A stretch of 64,000 bases of DNA from Candidatus Goldiibacteriota bacterium (lineage in GTDB: Bacteria > Oederibacteriota > PGYV01). The stretch spans positions 3,227 to 67,226 of the forward strand of contig JAFGWA010000017.1 in assembly GCA_016937715.1 (NCBI GenBank). Reading direction: 5' to 3'. The position numbers were made by a program, and so were the translations under genes. How positions within the stretch are numbered: position 1 is the first letter of the stretch; each line of letters starts with the position of its first letter. Shown in pieces: positions 32,416 through 41,824 of this stretch. The notes beneath the pieces were generated by a model. The model was not told where the DNA came from. It was given only the letters and a program-made list of their open reading frames with translations, and searched no databases.

Positions 32416-33444
32416 TTACTTAATAAACATGGCATCGCCGTATGAAAAAAACCTGTATTTATTTTCAATGGCCGATTTATAGGCCTTTTTAGCGTTTTTT
32501 TCTCCGGCAAACGCGTAAACAAGAGCAAGAAGCGTTGTTTTTGGAAGGTGAAAATTGGTTATAAGGCAGTCTACGGCCTTAAACTGATAACCGGGGTATA
32601 TATATATGGAAGTATTGCTTTTGCCGCTTTTTATTTTATTTTGGCTGTACGCGCTTTCAAGAGCTCTTAAAGAAGTGGTGCCTACGGCTATAATTCTGCC
32701 GCCTGATTCTTTCGCGGTATTTATGGCTGCCGACGTTTCAGGTGAAATTTCATATTCTTCATTATGTATTTTATGTTCCCTTATATCAGGTTCTGTTACC
32801 GGCGCGAAAGTTCCAAGCCCGGTATGCAGGGTTATATATTCAACATACACTCCGGATGTTTTTATCCTGTTCAACAGGGCGGGGGTAAAATGTAATCCTG
32901 CTGTTGGCGCGGCTGTAGCGCCGTCTTTTCTGGCATATACGGTCTGATACCTTTCCCTGTGAAAAGCGCTGTCATCTTCTTTAATATAAGGCGGAAGAGG
33001 AATTTTTCCGTGTTTTTCAAATGCTTTTAATATTTCTTCCCTGCCTGCGGAAAAATAAACTGCAACTGTTTTGCCGAATTTTTTTTTGATTAAAGCTGAA
33101 ATATTTCCGTCAAGCAAAACCGTATCGCCTTCTTTTACCCTGCGTGAATTTCCCATTATGGCTTCCCAGTAATTTTCTTTAAATGAAAGCAAAAGCAGTT
33201 CTATGGCGGCGCCTGATTTTGTCCTGCCGTAAATGCGCGCGGGTATAACGCGGGTATCGTTTAAAACAAGGCAGTCGCCGGGCTTTAAATATTCCGTAAT
33301 GTTTTCAAACAGCCTGTGTTCAATCACGCCGGTTTTTTTATCTGTTACAAGAAGGCGCGATTTGTCCCTTTCCGGGCTTGGAACCTGCGCGATTAATTCC
33401 TGCGGAAGTTCATAATCATAGTTTTCAAGTTTGAATTTGTCCAT
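32416..33444 (-). CDS. queA: S-adenosylmethionine:tRNA ribosyltransferase-isomerase
   Basis: N-terminus MDKFKLENYDYELPQELIAQVPSPERDKSRLLV plus full-length QueA homology. Confidence 0.9.
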   Translation of the reverse strand: MDKFKLENYDYELPQELIAQVPSPERDKSRLLVTDKKTGVIEHRLFENITEYLKPGDCLVLNDTRVIPARIYGRTKSGAAIELLLLSFKENYWEAIMGNSRRVKEGDTVLLDGNISALIKKKFGKTVAVYFSAGREEILKAFEKHGKIPLPPYIKEDDSAFHRERYQTVYARKDGATAAPTAGLHFTPALLNRIKTSGVYVEYITLHTGLGTFAPVTEPDIREHKIHNEEYEISPETSAAINTAKESGGRIIAVGTTSLRALESAYSQNKIKSGKSNTSIYIYPGYQFKAVDCLITNFHLPKTTLLALVYAFAGEKNAKKAYKSAIENKYRFFSYGDAMFIK

Positions 33445-33633
33445 GCGTGAAATTATAGCATATAAGATTGTTTTTTAACCTCCCGTTTAATACATGTTTA
33501 AGGTGAAATATAGTCGTTGAAACATTAAATCTATAAAGCTGCGGTAAAAACTGATAAATCTTTTTTAAGAAAAGCAGGCAGGGCGGCTGTTTATTTTTAA
33601 GGTTTTTTCAGATGAGAGGGTATAAAAATTTTA

Positions 33634-34746
33634 TTAAACCGGCAGGCCTTCATCGTTATATTTTTTTGTGTCCGTAAGTTCGCCGTTTTCATAGCGCCCT
33701 TCAAGTTTCACTTTTCCGTTTTCAAAATAACTTGTATAATTGCCCGCGGGTATGCCTTCTTCAAAATACTGTTCCACCTGAACCTGACCGGAAGGGTAGT
33801 ACATTTTATAAAGCCCCTGCTGCTTGCCGTTATTATACGCGCCGGCCACTTTAAGTTTTCCTGATTTATAGTACAGTTTATAAAATCCGTGTTCCTGCCC
33901 GTTTAGGTATTCGCCTTCAACTTTAAGTTCTCCGGTTTCATAAAAAAGTTTATAGGGCCCTTCTTCAAGCCCTTCTTTATATATACCCTGCAGTTTAATA
34001 CCGCCGTTTTCATAATATAAAGTAAAGTTTCCGTTTTCTTTTCCGTTTACATATTCACCTGTCATTTTTGGCATGCCGTTTTCGTAATATTTCTGCACAG
34101 GCCCGTTTTTAACCCCGGCAGCATAAGCCTCTTTTACCATTATATTTCCATTTTCATAATAAAGTTTGTGAACCCCGTTTTCTTTGCCCTGAATATAAAT
34201 GCCTTCAAGCTTGACGGCGCCGGAAGGGTAGAACAGTTTAAACACACCTTCTTCTTTTCCGTATTTGTAAGACCCGTCTAACTTTTTATTTCCGTTCTCA
34301 TAAAAAGTTATAAAGCTTCCGTGTTTAATTCCGTCCCTGTAGGTTTCGTTAAGTTTAAGGATACCGCCTTCATAATAAGTGCGGTTAACGGCTTCGCCTG
34401 TAAGTTCGTTTATGGCGCGTTCATTTTTTAGGCTGCCGTCCGCGAACCAGCTTTGATAAGGCCAGGTAATTTCGCCGTCCTGATAGGTTTCCTGTTCGGC
34501 CGGTTTGCCGTTGTCATAATACCAGGTAACAGTTCCGTCTTTTATGGAATTATTTTCATAGGTTATTTTAGCCGCCGTCTTTATGCCGGACTGGTCTATT
34601 TTTACGCATGCGGTTTCACCCGATATTGTTTCGCCTTCTTTTAAAACACTGCCGTCCGGGTTAAAAGTCCAGACAGCCGCAAGGACGGTGGTATCCTTAA
34701 AAAATTTCTGCTGCTGTCCCTGACGGATGCTTTTAAAAGTTATCAT
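33634..34746 (-). CDS. MORN-repeat protein (YwqK/COG2849-like)
   Basis: At least 12 tandem repeats of about 23 aa with the pattern G.(Y/W).YYENG.(L/K)..G.Y.NG...G. Confidence 0.7.
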   Translation of the reverse strand: MITFKSIRQGQQQKFFKDTTVLAAVWTFNPDGSVLKEGETISGETACVKIDQSGIKTAAKITYENNSIKDGTVTWYYDNGKPAEQETYQDGEITWPYQSWFADGSLKNERAINELTGEAVNRTYYEGGILKLNETYRDGIKHGSFITFYENGNKKLDGSYKYGKEEGVFKLFYPSGAVKLEGIYIQGKENGVHKLYYENGNIMVKEAYAAGVKNGPVQKYYENGMPKMTGEYVNGKENGNFTLYYENGGIKLQGIYKEGLEEGPYKLFYETGELKVEGEYLNGQEHGFYKLYYKSGKLKVAGAYNNGKQQGLYKMYYPSGQVQVEQYFEEGIPAGNYTSYFENGKVKLEGRYENGELTDTKKYNDEGLPV

Positions 34747-34856
34747 TTTTCACCGTGTTATTTTTTTTCATAATTCATAATATCATACAGCGTGTTATTT
34801 TCAATTAAGAAAAAAAAGAGTTTTCCGCGGACGCCTCCTTATGCAATAATGTTTTT

Positions 34857-35579
34857 ATGAACTTACAAGCCGCTTTAAAAAAGCATCTAGAGGGCAGTCC
34901 TGCCGTTATAAACGGAGAGATGTTTAATAATATACTCATTTACTCAAATGAGTTAATTGAAAAAAACAGGCAGTTTAATCTTACCGCAATTACCGCCCCC
35001 GAAGAAGTTGCAGTAAAACATGTCCTTGATTCCGTACACCTGTTTGGGGCGATGTCAGGCGATGTTCCGGTTTCGCTTGCGGATGCCGGAACCGGCGCGG
35101 GTTTTCCTGGTATCATAGCCGCCATATTAAATGAAAAAATTAAAGTTACCCTTGTTGAATCAAACGGGAAAAAAGCAAATTTTTTAAACGGTGTAATTAA
35201 TAAACTAAAACTTAATAACGCAGTTGTAATTCAAAGCCGCAGTGAAGAATGTTCCCGCGATAAAAAAATGCGTCAAAAATTTTCAGCAGTGACGATGAGA
35301 GCGTTTGCGGAATTTAAAACAGCAATGGAACTGACATCTGCGCTGTGCGCGCTTAAAGGAAAAATTTATTACTTTGCAAGCGCGGATCAAGTTAAAGAAA
35401 TTAAACGCGAAGGAAATATTTATAACGAACTGAAATTAAAATTTGAAAAAATCTATGATTACACTTTACCGCTTGATCTTGGAAAAAGGCACATTGTAAT
35501 TTTAAGCAGGACAGGGGACACGCCTAATTGTTATCCAAGAACATTTCAAAAGATAAAAATTAAACCTATCAGCTTCTAA
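34857..35579 (+). CDS. rsmG: 16S rRNA (guanine527-N7)-methyltransferase RsmG (GidB)
   Basis: GidB family: HVLDS, the SAM-binding motif DAGTGAGFPGI, and a length of about 240 aa. Confidence 0.85.
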   Translation: MNLQAALKKHLEGSPAVINGEMFNNILIYSNELIEKNRQFNLTAITAPEEVAVKHVLDSVHLFGAMSGDVPVSLADAGTGAGFPGIIAAILNEKIKVTLVESNGKKANFLNGVINKLKLNNAVVIQSRSEECSRDKKMRQKFSAVTMRAFAEFKTAMELTSALCALKGKIYYFASADQVKEIKREGNIYNELKLKFEKIYDYTLPLDLGKRHIVILSRTGDTPNCYPRTFQKIKIKPISF

Positions 35580-35597
35580 TTGTTCCACGTGGAACAA
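35580..35597. promoter_or_regulatory. parS site 1 (perfect TTGTTCCACGTGGAACAA)
   Basis: An 18-bp perfect palindrome whose 16-bp core TGTTCCACGTGGAACA fits the ParB-binding consensus tGTTnCACGTGnAACa. It lies immediately after the rsmG stop. Confidence 0.8.
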
Positions 35598-35921
35598 TTT
35601 AGATTATTACAAATCATTTTGTTAAAACTTTAATTTTTTCATAAACTTTCCGGAATATTTTCTTCTGATATATTTATATAATTTATCCGTTTAAGTCTCG
35701 TTAAAATATACTATTCTAAATAAAAATTATTAAGCAGATTGTATTTTTTAATAGAATAGATATTTATAGTCAGCAATACAGATTTCTTAATAATTAATTG
35801 AATCTGAATAAATTTATTACCTTATAGTCTGACTTAATAATATTTAAATATAGATATTTTGTTTTATCACGCTGATATATGTATTAATAAAATTTAATTT
35901 TCAAAGTTTTCAATTCAATCA

Positions 35922-35939
35922 TTGTTCTACGTGGAACAA
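35922..35939. promoter_or_regulatory. parS site 2 (one mismatch: TTGTTCTACGTGGAACAA)
   Basis: Single C>T change in the left half-site; the exact mirror image of site 3. Confidence 0.65.
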
Positions 35940-36062
35940 TGAGAAGTTAAATAAGAGAATACTATCCTTAAGAAATATATATAAGCAATGCCTGCTTATG
36001 GTAATAGTACCGCATATATAGCCGCGTAACTTAATTAAACATAAGCTGCTTAAACACACCTA

Positions 36063-36080
36063 TTGTTCCACGTAGAACAA
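36063..36080. promoter_or_regulatory. parS site 3 (one mismatch: TTGTTCCACGTAGAACAA)
   Basis: Reverse complement of site 2. Confidence 0.65.
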
Positions 36081-36348
36081 TCTTTTAAGTATGGCAATAA
36101 TCATATTTATACTATAAAAATATAAGATAATGAATCAATACCGGAGGATAAAAACACATGCTTAAGCGCCTTTTTTGGTATCTATTAAAATGTAAAATTA
36201 ACTGATATGTATTAAATAATTACAGCGTTACAAATTTATGGTTGTGAATGTTAATTACAATAACAAGCATAAATAAATGTTTTGATGCATAACAATATTA
36301 TCAGAGAAAATATAAAGTCAAAGCAATCAAACATTATAAATACGCAAA

Positions 36349-36366
36349 TTGTTCCACGTGGAACAA
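36349..36366. promoter_or_regulatory. parS site 4 (perfect TTGTTCCACGTGGAACAA)
   Basis: Perfect 18-bp palindrome, 88 bp upstream of the recF start. Confidence 0.8.
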
Positions 36367-36453
36367 CTGAAAATTCTATAAAAATATATGTCTTGAAAAA
36401 GATATTCTATTGGTGTATCTTTGTCTCAATAGAAATATATTTCCGGAGGCAGG

Positions 36454-37551
36454 ATGTATATAAAAAAAATTGAACTTTCAAACCTTAGAAACTATTCATC
36501 ACTTAATTTAGAACTTGTTCAGGGTATAAATGTTTTTCACGGGGATAATGGTTCCGGGAAAACAAATATAATTGAAGCAATCCACTGGATGTCTTTGGGA
36601 AAATCTTTCAGAGCATCTGATGATAAAGAAATTGTTAAAGAGAATTGTGATTCGTGCAGAGTATACGCGGAAGCAGAAATAAGCGGGTTGGATAAATTGT
36701 TTTCTCTTGATTACTCATCTGCTTCCAGAAAGAAAAGCATCAGAATAAATAATACAAAGATAAAAAGGATGGGTGACATCATAGGAGAAATTCCTGTAGT
36801 GCTTTTTTCTCCGGAAGACATTCAGATAATAAAAGGCGAGCCGGTCTTAAGAAGAAAATATCTTGATCAGATGCTGTGCCAGGTAAGCAAAGAATATTTT
36901 GAGACGCTGGCAAAATATACAAAAGAGGTAAGTCACAGAAATTATCTGCTGAAGGGAATTAAAGACAAGAAAATAAAAATTTCCAATCTTGATATATGGA
37001 ACGAGCAGATTAAAAACAATGGAACATTATTAGTCATGAAAAGATTTGAAGCTATAGAAGAATTAAATTCAATTCTTGTTTCAAAATTTTCATCAGAAAA
37101 AAATGATGTCTCTATAACATATCTTTCCAAAAATTTTATGTCGGTAAAACCCGAAGACATAAAAGCCGAATATGAAAATCATTTTAAAACAAAAATTGAT
37201 GAAGAAATTTTAAGAGGCGTGACGCTGATTGGCCCTCATCGGGATGATTTAGAAATTTTTTATACCGGCAAAAAAGCAAAAGCTTTTGCGTCCGAAGGGC
37301 AGCAGAGAGTATCCGCTATTTTATTAAAACTTGCAGAGGGGCTTTTTATAAAAGAAAGAAAAAATATTTACCCTGTAATTATGCTTGATGATTTTTCTTC
37401 TGAACTTGATAACCCAAACCGCGGGTTTATAGGCAGGACACTTGAACAGTTTAAACAGATTATTATCACCACCACCTATCCGGAAAATTTAAAAGAGCTA
37501 ATTCCCGCAAAAATGTTCCACGTGGAACAAGGCAAAGTTAGACAAGGCTAA
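36454..37551 (+). CDS. recF: DNA replication and repair protein RecF
   Basis: Walker A GDNGSGKTN and ABC-type signature/D-loop regions over 365 aa; GGAGG RBS. Confidence 0.9.
   Translation: MYIKKIELSNLRNYSSLNLELVQGINVFHGDNGSGKTNIIEAIHWMSLGKSFRASDDKEIVKENCDSCRVYAEAEISGLDKLFSLDYSSASRKKSIRINNTKIKRMGDIIGEIPVVLFSPEDIQIIKGEPVLRRKYLDQMLCQVSKEYFETLAKYTKEVSHRNYLLKGIKDKKIKISNLDIWNEQIKNNGTLLVMKRFEAIEELNSILVSKFSSEKNDVSITYLSKNFMSVKPEDIKAEYENHFKTKIDEEILRGVTLIGPHRDDLEIFYTGKKAKAFASEGQQRVSAILLKLAEGLFIKERKNIYPVIMLDDFSSELDNPNRGFIGRTLEQFKQIIITTTYPENLKELIPAKMFHVEQGKVRQG
37513..37530. promoter_or_regulatory. parS site 5 (core TGTTCCACGTGGAACA perfect) embedded in the recF 3' coding sequence
   Basis: aTGTTCCACGTGGAACAa encodes ...MFHVEQG... 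near the recF C-terminus. parS sites inside genes are common for the origin-proximal parS set. Confidence 0.75.
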
Positions 37552-37680
37552 CAAAATAGTTTTTATTACCGCAAAATTCCAAATTAACGCTTTGCGGAAA
37601 TTTTAAATAAGCCATAACAGTCATAAAAATCTTTAATTTATACGGCTCTTTCCCTTTTCCCCCCAAAAAAACTGCTGTTG

Positions 37681-37709
37681 TTGACCTTAATATACCGTTG
37701 TGATAATAT
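37681..37709 (+). promoter_or_regulatory. sigma70-type promoter of the HD-GYP/cyclase operon
   Basis: TTGACC (37681-37686), 17-bp spacer, TAATAT (37704-37709). The ORF-track GTG start at 37700 lies inside the -10 element, so the TTG at 37739 is the more plausible start. Confidence 0.55.
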
Positions 37710-37738
37710 ATATTTACGGTGTTTTAGCGGAGGTATTT

Positions 37739-39019
37739 TTGAAAATAAGAAGCCAGTTAATATTAGGTATAGTTGCTATCGTCATCCTTTCTGTAACTGC
37801 AACCACTGTTGTGCTTGTAAGGGATGCCGCGGAAATAATGCAGGGGCAGATAAACGAAAAAGCGTTACTTATGATAAATTATTTTAAGGGCGTCAGCGCG
37901 GAACCGCTTTTAAAAGATGATGAAGTGACGCTTAATACATATCTTAATGAAATTATTTCAACCGAAGGGCTTGTTTACCTTATTATTACCGGCAGAGACG
38001 GGTATGTGAAAGCCGCTGACGATTCTTCACTGCTTGGCGCGGTTTTAAAAAACAGGCTGCCTGAGATTGCAGCGGGTGAAAAAAATATTTTTTTGAAATA
38101 TAAAGGCAGTGATTATTCAGTGATTGCCTTTTCGGGCACCGTGGACGTAAAAGCCGGACGAATTAAAACTGAAGCGGGAAAAATCTACGCCGGTTTTGAC
38201 AGTGAATACGTAAAGGAAAAACTTGTAAGGGTTTATGTTAAAAGCGCGGCAATTGCCGCGGGTATAATTATTATATCTGTTATTTTTATTGTGGCATTAA
38301 TGCACAGGATGATGAGCCCCTTAAACAAACTTGTAAAAGGGACAAATAAAATTGCAGACGGCGATTTAAGTTATAAAATAAAAATAACCGCGGGCAATGA
38401 ATTTCAGGAGCTTGCAAACAGTTTTAACGGCATGACGGATAAACTTAAGGATTATTATGACGGAATATTAAACGCGTTTACGGTGGCGGTGGATACGCAG
38501 GATAAATATATTCCCGCGCACGCAAAAAGAGTTTCAAAGATGGCGGTTAAAACAGCGCAGGCAGCCGGGCTTTCGCCCAAAAGGGCGGAAAATTTAAGGG
38601 TGGCTGCTATATTAAAGGATGTTGGCAATATCGGAGTAAAAAGAAAAATACTTGATAAGACCGACCCGCTTACGGCTGATGATTTTCTTGAAATACAGAA
38701 ACACCCGGAAATTGGAGCTAAGATTATTAAAAATATTGATGCTTTAAAAGATGTTGTCCCTATTATAGTGGCTCATCATGAAAGGTTTGACGGCAACGGT
38801 TATCCTGACGGCAAAAAAGGCGAGGAAATTCCTGTTGAGGCAAGGATTCTTGCGGTGGCGGACGCTTATGACGCCATGACAACCGAAAGGGAGCACAGAA
38901 AAGCGCTTGATAAAGAAGAGGCGGTTTATGAACTTAGGCTTAACAAAGGAAAACAGTTTGACCCTGTTATAACAGAAAGGTTTATTGAGGTAATAAATAA
39001 GGAAGGAGGAAAAACTTAA
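37739..39019 (+). CDS. membrane HAMP-HD-GYP phosphodiesterase (start revised to TTG at 37739)
   Basis: TM - periplasmic sensor region - TM - HAMP (LVKGTNKIADGDLSYKIKI) - HD domain with HHERFDGNGYPDG (HD-GYP). GGAGG lies 5 nt upstream of the TTG. The stop overlaps the next start (TAATG). Confidence 0.8.
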   Translation: MKIRSQLILGIVAIVILSVTATTVVLVRDAAEIMQGQINEKALLMINYFKGVSAEPLLKDDEVTLNTYLNEIISTEGLVYLIITGRDGYVKAADDSSLLGAVLKNRLPEIAAGEKNIFLKYKGSDYSVIAFSGTVDVKAGRIKTEAGKIYAGFDSEYVKEKLVRVYVKSAAIAAGIIIISVIFIVALMHRMMSPLNKLVKGTNKIADGDLSYKIKITAGNEFQELANSFNGMTDKLKDYYDGILNAFTVAVDTQDKYIPAHAKRVSKMAVKTAQAAGLSPKRAENLRVAAILKDVGNIGVKRKILDKTDPLTADDFLEIQKHPEIGAKIIKNIDALKDVVPIIVAHHERFDGNGYPDGKKGEEIPVEARILAVADAYDAMTTEREHRKALDKEEAVYELRLNKGKQFDPVITERFIEVINKEGGKT

Positions 39020-40581
39020 TGGCAGAAAAAAAGACGGTGAAGAAAAAAAATAAAGGATTAAAAATTTCACTGGGGGCTAAGTTTAGTTTTTTAGTGGGGC
39101 TGTTGTTTGCCGGAATAATGACGGTTGTCACCGTATTTATATATAATCACGAAAGCGATGTTCTTTCAAACCAAATAAAGCAGCGAGGTACTGCAATTGC
39201 GGTAAATCTTGCCAATAACGCATCCGAAGCGCTTACCAATGATGATGAACTTACGCTTTCCAAGCTTGCCAGGGAAGCTGTACAGGAAACAAAGTTTGAT
39301 GAAACACAAATGGAATTATATGACCGTGTAATTAAGATATTAAAGGAAGATATAATTGAACAGAAGAAGAAAGAAATTATTAAAAACGAAGGCATTATGG
39401 AAGCTGTTGTTGTAAAAAAAGACGGAAATATTGCGTCCGCGGATGAAGTAAGGAGGATAGATGAAAGATATATCCTTCCGGCGGGTTTAAAACCCGTTCA
39501 AAAAGAAAATGATGTGCTTATTCAGGAATATAAAAAAAATGGAAAAAGTTATTTTGATATCGCGGTACCTTTAAAAGCGAAGCTTGGTATGGATGAACAC
39601 ATGATAGGAGAGGTTCATCTTACGGTTTCAACGCAGATAATAACCGAGAGCGTGGCCGTGGCTTCTGTTAAAGTCGCCCTTATTACTATAATAGGGCTTA
39701 TAGCAGGGATACTTTTTACGGTACTGCTGGTAAACTTTATGGTAAAACCAATAAAGCAGCTTGTAAAAGGCGTTAATAAAATAGGGGAAGGAAATTATGA
39801 TGTGGTAATTCCCACCAGGTCGCATGATGAAATAGGCGATTTGACGAAAGCTTTTAATTCCACAGCCAAAAGCCTTAAGGAAAAAGAACTTTTAAAAGGC
39901 GCGTTTTCCACTTATGTGTCGGACAAAGTCATGCAGCAGGTTTTAAAAGACCCTAACAAACTGCAGCTTCACGGAATTAAGGTAAAAGCCACAATGATGT
40001 TTACCGATATCAGGGGATTTACATCAATGTCTGAAAATCTTCAGCCGGAAGAGGTTGTAAGCGTAATAAATGAGTATCTGACACTGCAGACTGATAAAGT
40101 TTTTAAATTTGAAGGGCTTCTTGATAAGTTTGTGGGAGACTGTGTAATGGCTGTATATGGCGTGCCTTTTCCCAAGCCGGATGACGCATACCGCGCCGTA
40201 AGGACAGCAATGGCTATAAGGGAAGGCGTGGAAAAACTTAATGTGATAAGAAAAAGAAGAAACATGATAGTGGTTCAGATAGGTATTGGGGTTAATACCG
40301 GCGATGTGGTTTCCGGAAACATGGGTTCGCCGCAGAAAATGGATTATACCGTAATAGGCGACAATGTAAACCTTGCCGCAAGGCTTGAAGCAAACGCTCC
40401 CGGCGGGCAGGTATGGGTAAGCGAAAGCACATATCTTGAGACAAAAGATTATATTGAATATGAAGAACTGGCGCCTATAATGGTTAAAGGAAAAAAGGAG
40501 CCGGTAAAAGTTTACAGCCCAAAAACTGTTATAATGGAATATCCAAAAGAACTGCTGGAAAAGGATAATAATGGAGCTTAA
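39019..40581 (+). CDS. membrane HAMP-class III adenylate/guanylate cyclase
   Basis: TM - sensor - TM - HAMP (LVKGVNKIGEGNYDVVIPT) - cyclase core MFTDIRGFTSMSE...FVGDCVMAVYG...GVNTGDVVSGNMGS...YTVIGDNVNLAARLE. Confidence 0.85.
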   Translation: MAEKKTVKKKNKGLKISLGAKFSFLVGLLFAGIMTVVTVFIYNHESDVLSNQIKQRGTAIAVNLANNASEALTNDDELTLSKLAREAVQETKFDETQMELYDRVIKILKEDIIEQKKKEIIKNEGIMEAVVVKKDGNIASADEVRRIDERYILPAGLKPVQKENDVLIQEYKKNGKSYFDIAVPLKAKLGMDEHMIGEVHLTVSTQIITESVAVASVKVALITIIGLIAGILFTVLLVNFMVKPIKQLVKGVNKIGEGNYDVVIPTRSHDEIGDLTKAFNSTAKSLKEKELLKGAFSTYVSDKVMQQVLKDPNKLQLHGIKVKATMMFTDIRGFTSMSENLQPEEVVSVINEYLTLQTDKVFKFEGLLDKFVGDCVMAVYGVPFPKPDDAYRAVRTAMAIREGVEKLNVIRKRRNMIVVQIGIGVNTGDVVSGNMGSPQKMDYTVIGDNVNLAARLEANAPGGQVWVSESTYLETKDYIEYEELAPIMVKGKKEPVKVYSPKTVIMEYPKELLEKDNNGA

Positions 40582-41821
40582 AAAAGACATATTAAAAACA
40601 GTTACCAGATACGCCCAGGCAGGCGAATGGGCTAAGGTTATAGCAGAGTATGAAAAACTGCTTCAAATTGAACCGGATGACATTAATGTCCATAATTCAA
40701 TAGGTGATGCTTTTTCCAAAATGGGCGAAGACAGAAAAGCGTTTGAACATTATCTGCGCGTGTTAAATGACCCGCAGACAAAGGCAAACCCCACAAAAAT
40801 GGCGTTTTTAAACAAGAAAATATCAAAACTTGACCCAAAAAAGTTTGACCTTGACGGCAAAGCGCTTCACGAAACCATTTCCAAATCGGTTAAAGCAAAG
40901 GATATGTTTGAAAAACAGGAAGGCGGGGATGCTTCTGCCCTGCCGGCGCTTAAAGAGGCGCTTGCAAACGATAAAATGAACCCTGAACTGTTCATGATGT
41001 TAGGCGAGGTTTATGAAAAGCAGACAGACATTGGAAACGCCATAGAATCTTATGTTAAGGCGTTAAGGATATATGTGGAAAAAAATAACAGCGGTAAAGG
41101 GCTGGAGCTTGCGAAAAAAATAATGAACCTGCAGAAAGAAAACACCGATGCTCTGGCAATGATTGCGGAAGATATGGTAAAAAACGGCAAAAAAGAAGAA
41201 GCTGAAGAGATGTTTAAGGATGTACTTATAAATTTAGCGGAAAAAAACCTTGTGGCAGAAGGTAAGGGTGTTTCAAAAAGGGCCATGGAGCTTGGGATAA
41301 CATACGGCGAGCAGTTTTTTTCCTATTTTCTTTTTAAAGACGGAAAATATGAAGAAGCCAGAAAAATTCTGGAAAAAAAATATTCACTTACGCTTGAAGA
41401 AAAACTTCTGCTTGGAAAAATATGCTACAAGATGAACGATTTTGAAAAAGCAAAATCTGTTTTTCTTTCGATGGACCCTGCAATAATAAATGAAAGCGAA
41501 GAACTGCTTGATCAGATAGGCGATGTTTTTCTTAAACTAAGGGAGTTAAAGACCTCTTCGGAATATTATATGAAAGTGGTGCGTATGCTTAAAAGCCAGG
41601 GAGACCTGGATCATGCCATGCTTGCCGCCAATAAAGTATTAAATGTGGACGGCGATAATATAGAAGTACACGAAATTCTGACAGATATATATACAAAAAA
41701 ACAGATGAAAAACAAGCTTATAGATTCCCTTACAAAACTGGCGTCGCTTTATGACGCCGCGCACAGGACGCAGGACAGCATGAGCGCCAAAAATATGCTT
41801 AATAAGCTGAAAATGCTTTAG
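40571..41821 (+). CDS. TPR-repeat protein
   Basis: Multiple 34-aa TPR-like helical repeats (AW...Y..AL, NPEL..MLGEVYEK...). It overlaps the cyclase gene by 11 nt. Confidence 0.6.
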   Translation: MELKKDILKTVTRYAQAGEWAKVIAEYEKLLQIEPDDINVHNSIGDAFSKMGEDRKAFEHYLRVLNDPQTKANPTKMAFLNKKISKLDPKKFDLDGKALHETISKSVKAKDMFEKQEGGDASALPALKEALANDKMNPELFMMLGEVYEKQTDIGNAIESYVKALRIYVEKNNSGKGLELAKKIMNLQKENTDALAMIAEDMVKNGKKEEAEEMFKDVLINLAEKNLVAEGKGVSKRAMELGITYGEQFFSYFLFKDGKYEEARKILEKKYSLTLEEKLLLGKICYKMNDFEKAKSVFLSMDPAIINESEELLDQIGDVFLKLRELKTSSEYYMKVVRMLKSQGDLDHAMLAANKVLNVDGDNIEVHEILTDIYTKKQMKNKLIDSLTKLASLYDAAHRTQDSMSAKNMLNKLKML

Positions 41822-41824
41822 CGC

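Noticed and set aside
35598-36348. 870-bp AT-rich gene-free spacer as the replication origin itself
   Set aside because: No convincing TTATCCACA-type DnaA boxes are in the spacer (best candidates have 2 mismatches). It is more parsimoniously a parS/centromere-like region. It is retained only as a hypothesis in the oriC finding.
36282-36473. 63-aa ORF in the parS spacer
   Set aside because: Extremely AT-rich with low-complexity translation and no RBS, and it overlaps the recF start region. Most likely a spurious ORF.
37700-37702. GTG start of the HD-GYP gene as given by the ORF track
   Set aside because: It falls inside the -10 hexamer of the only plausible promoter and lacks an RBS. The TTG at 37739 with GGAGG 5 nt upstream is preferred.
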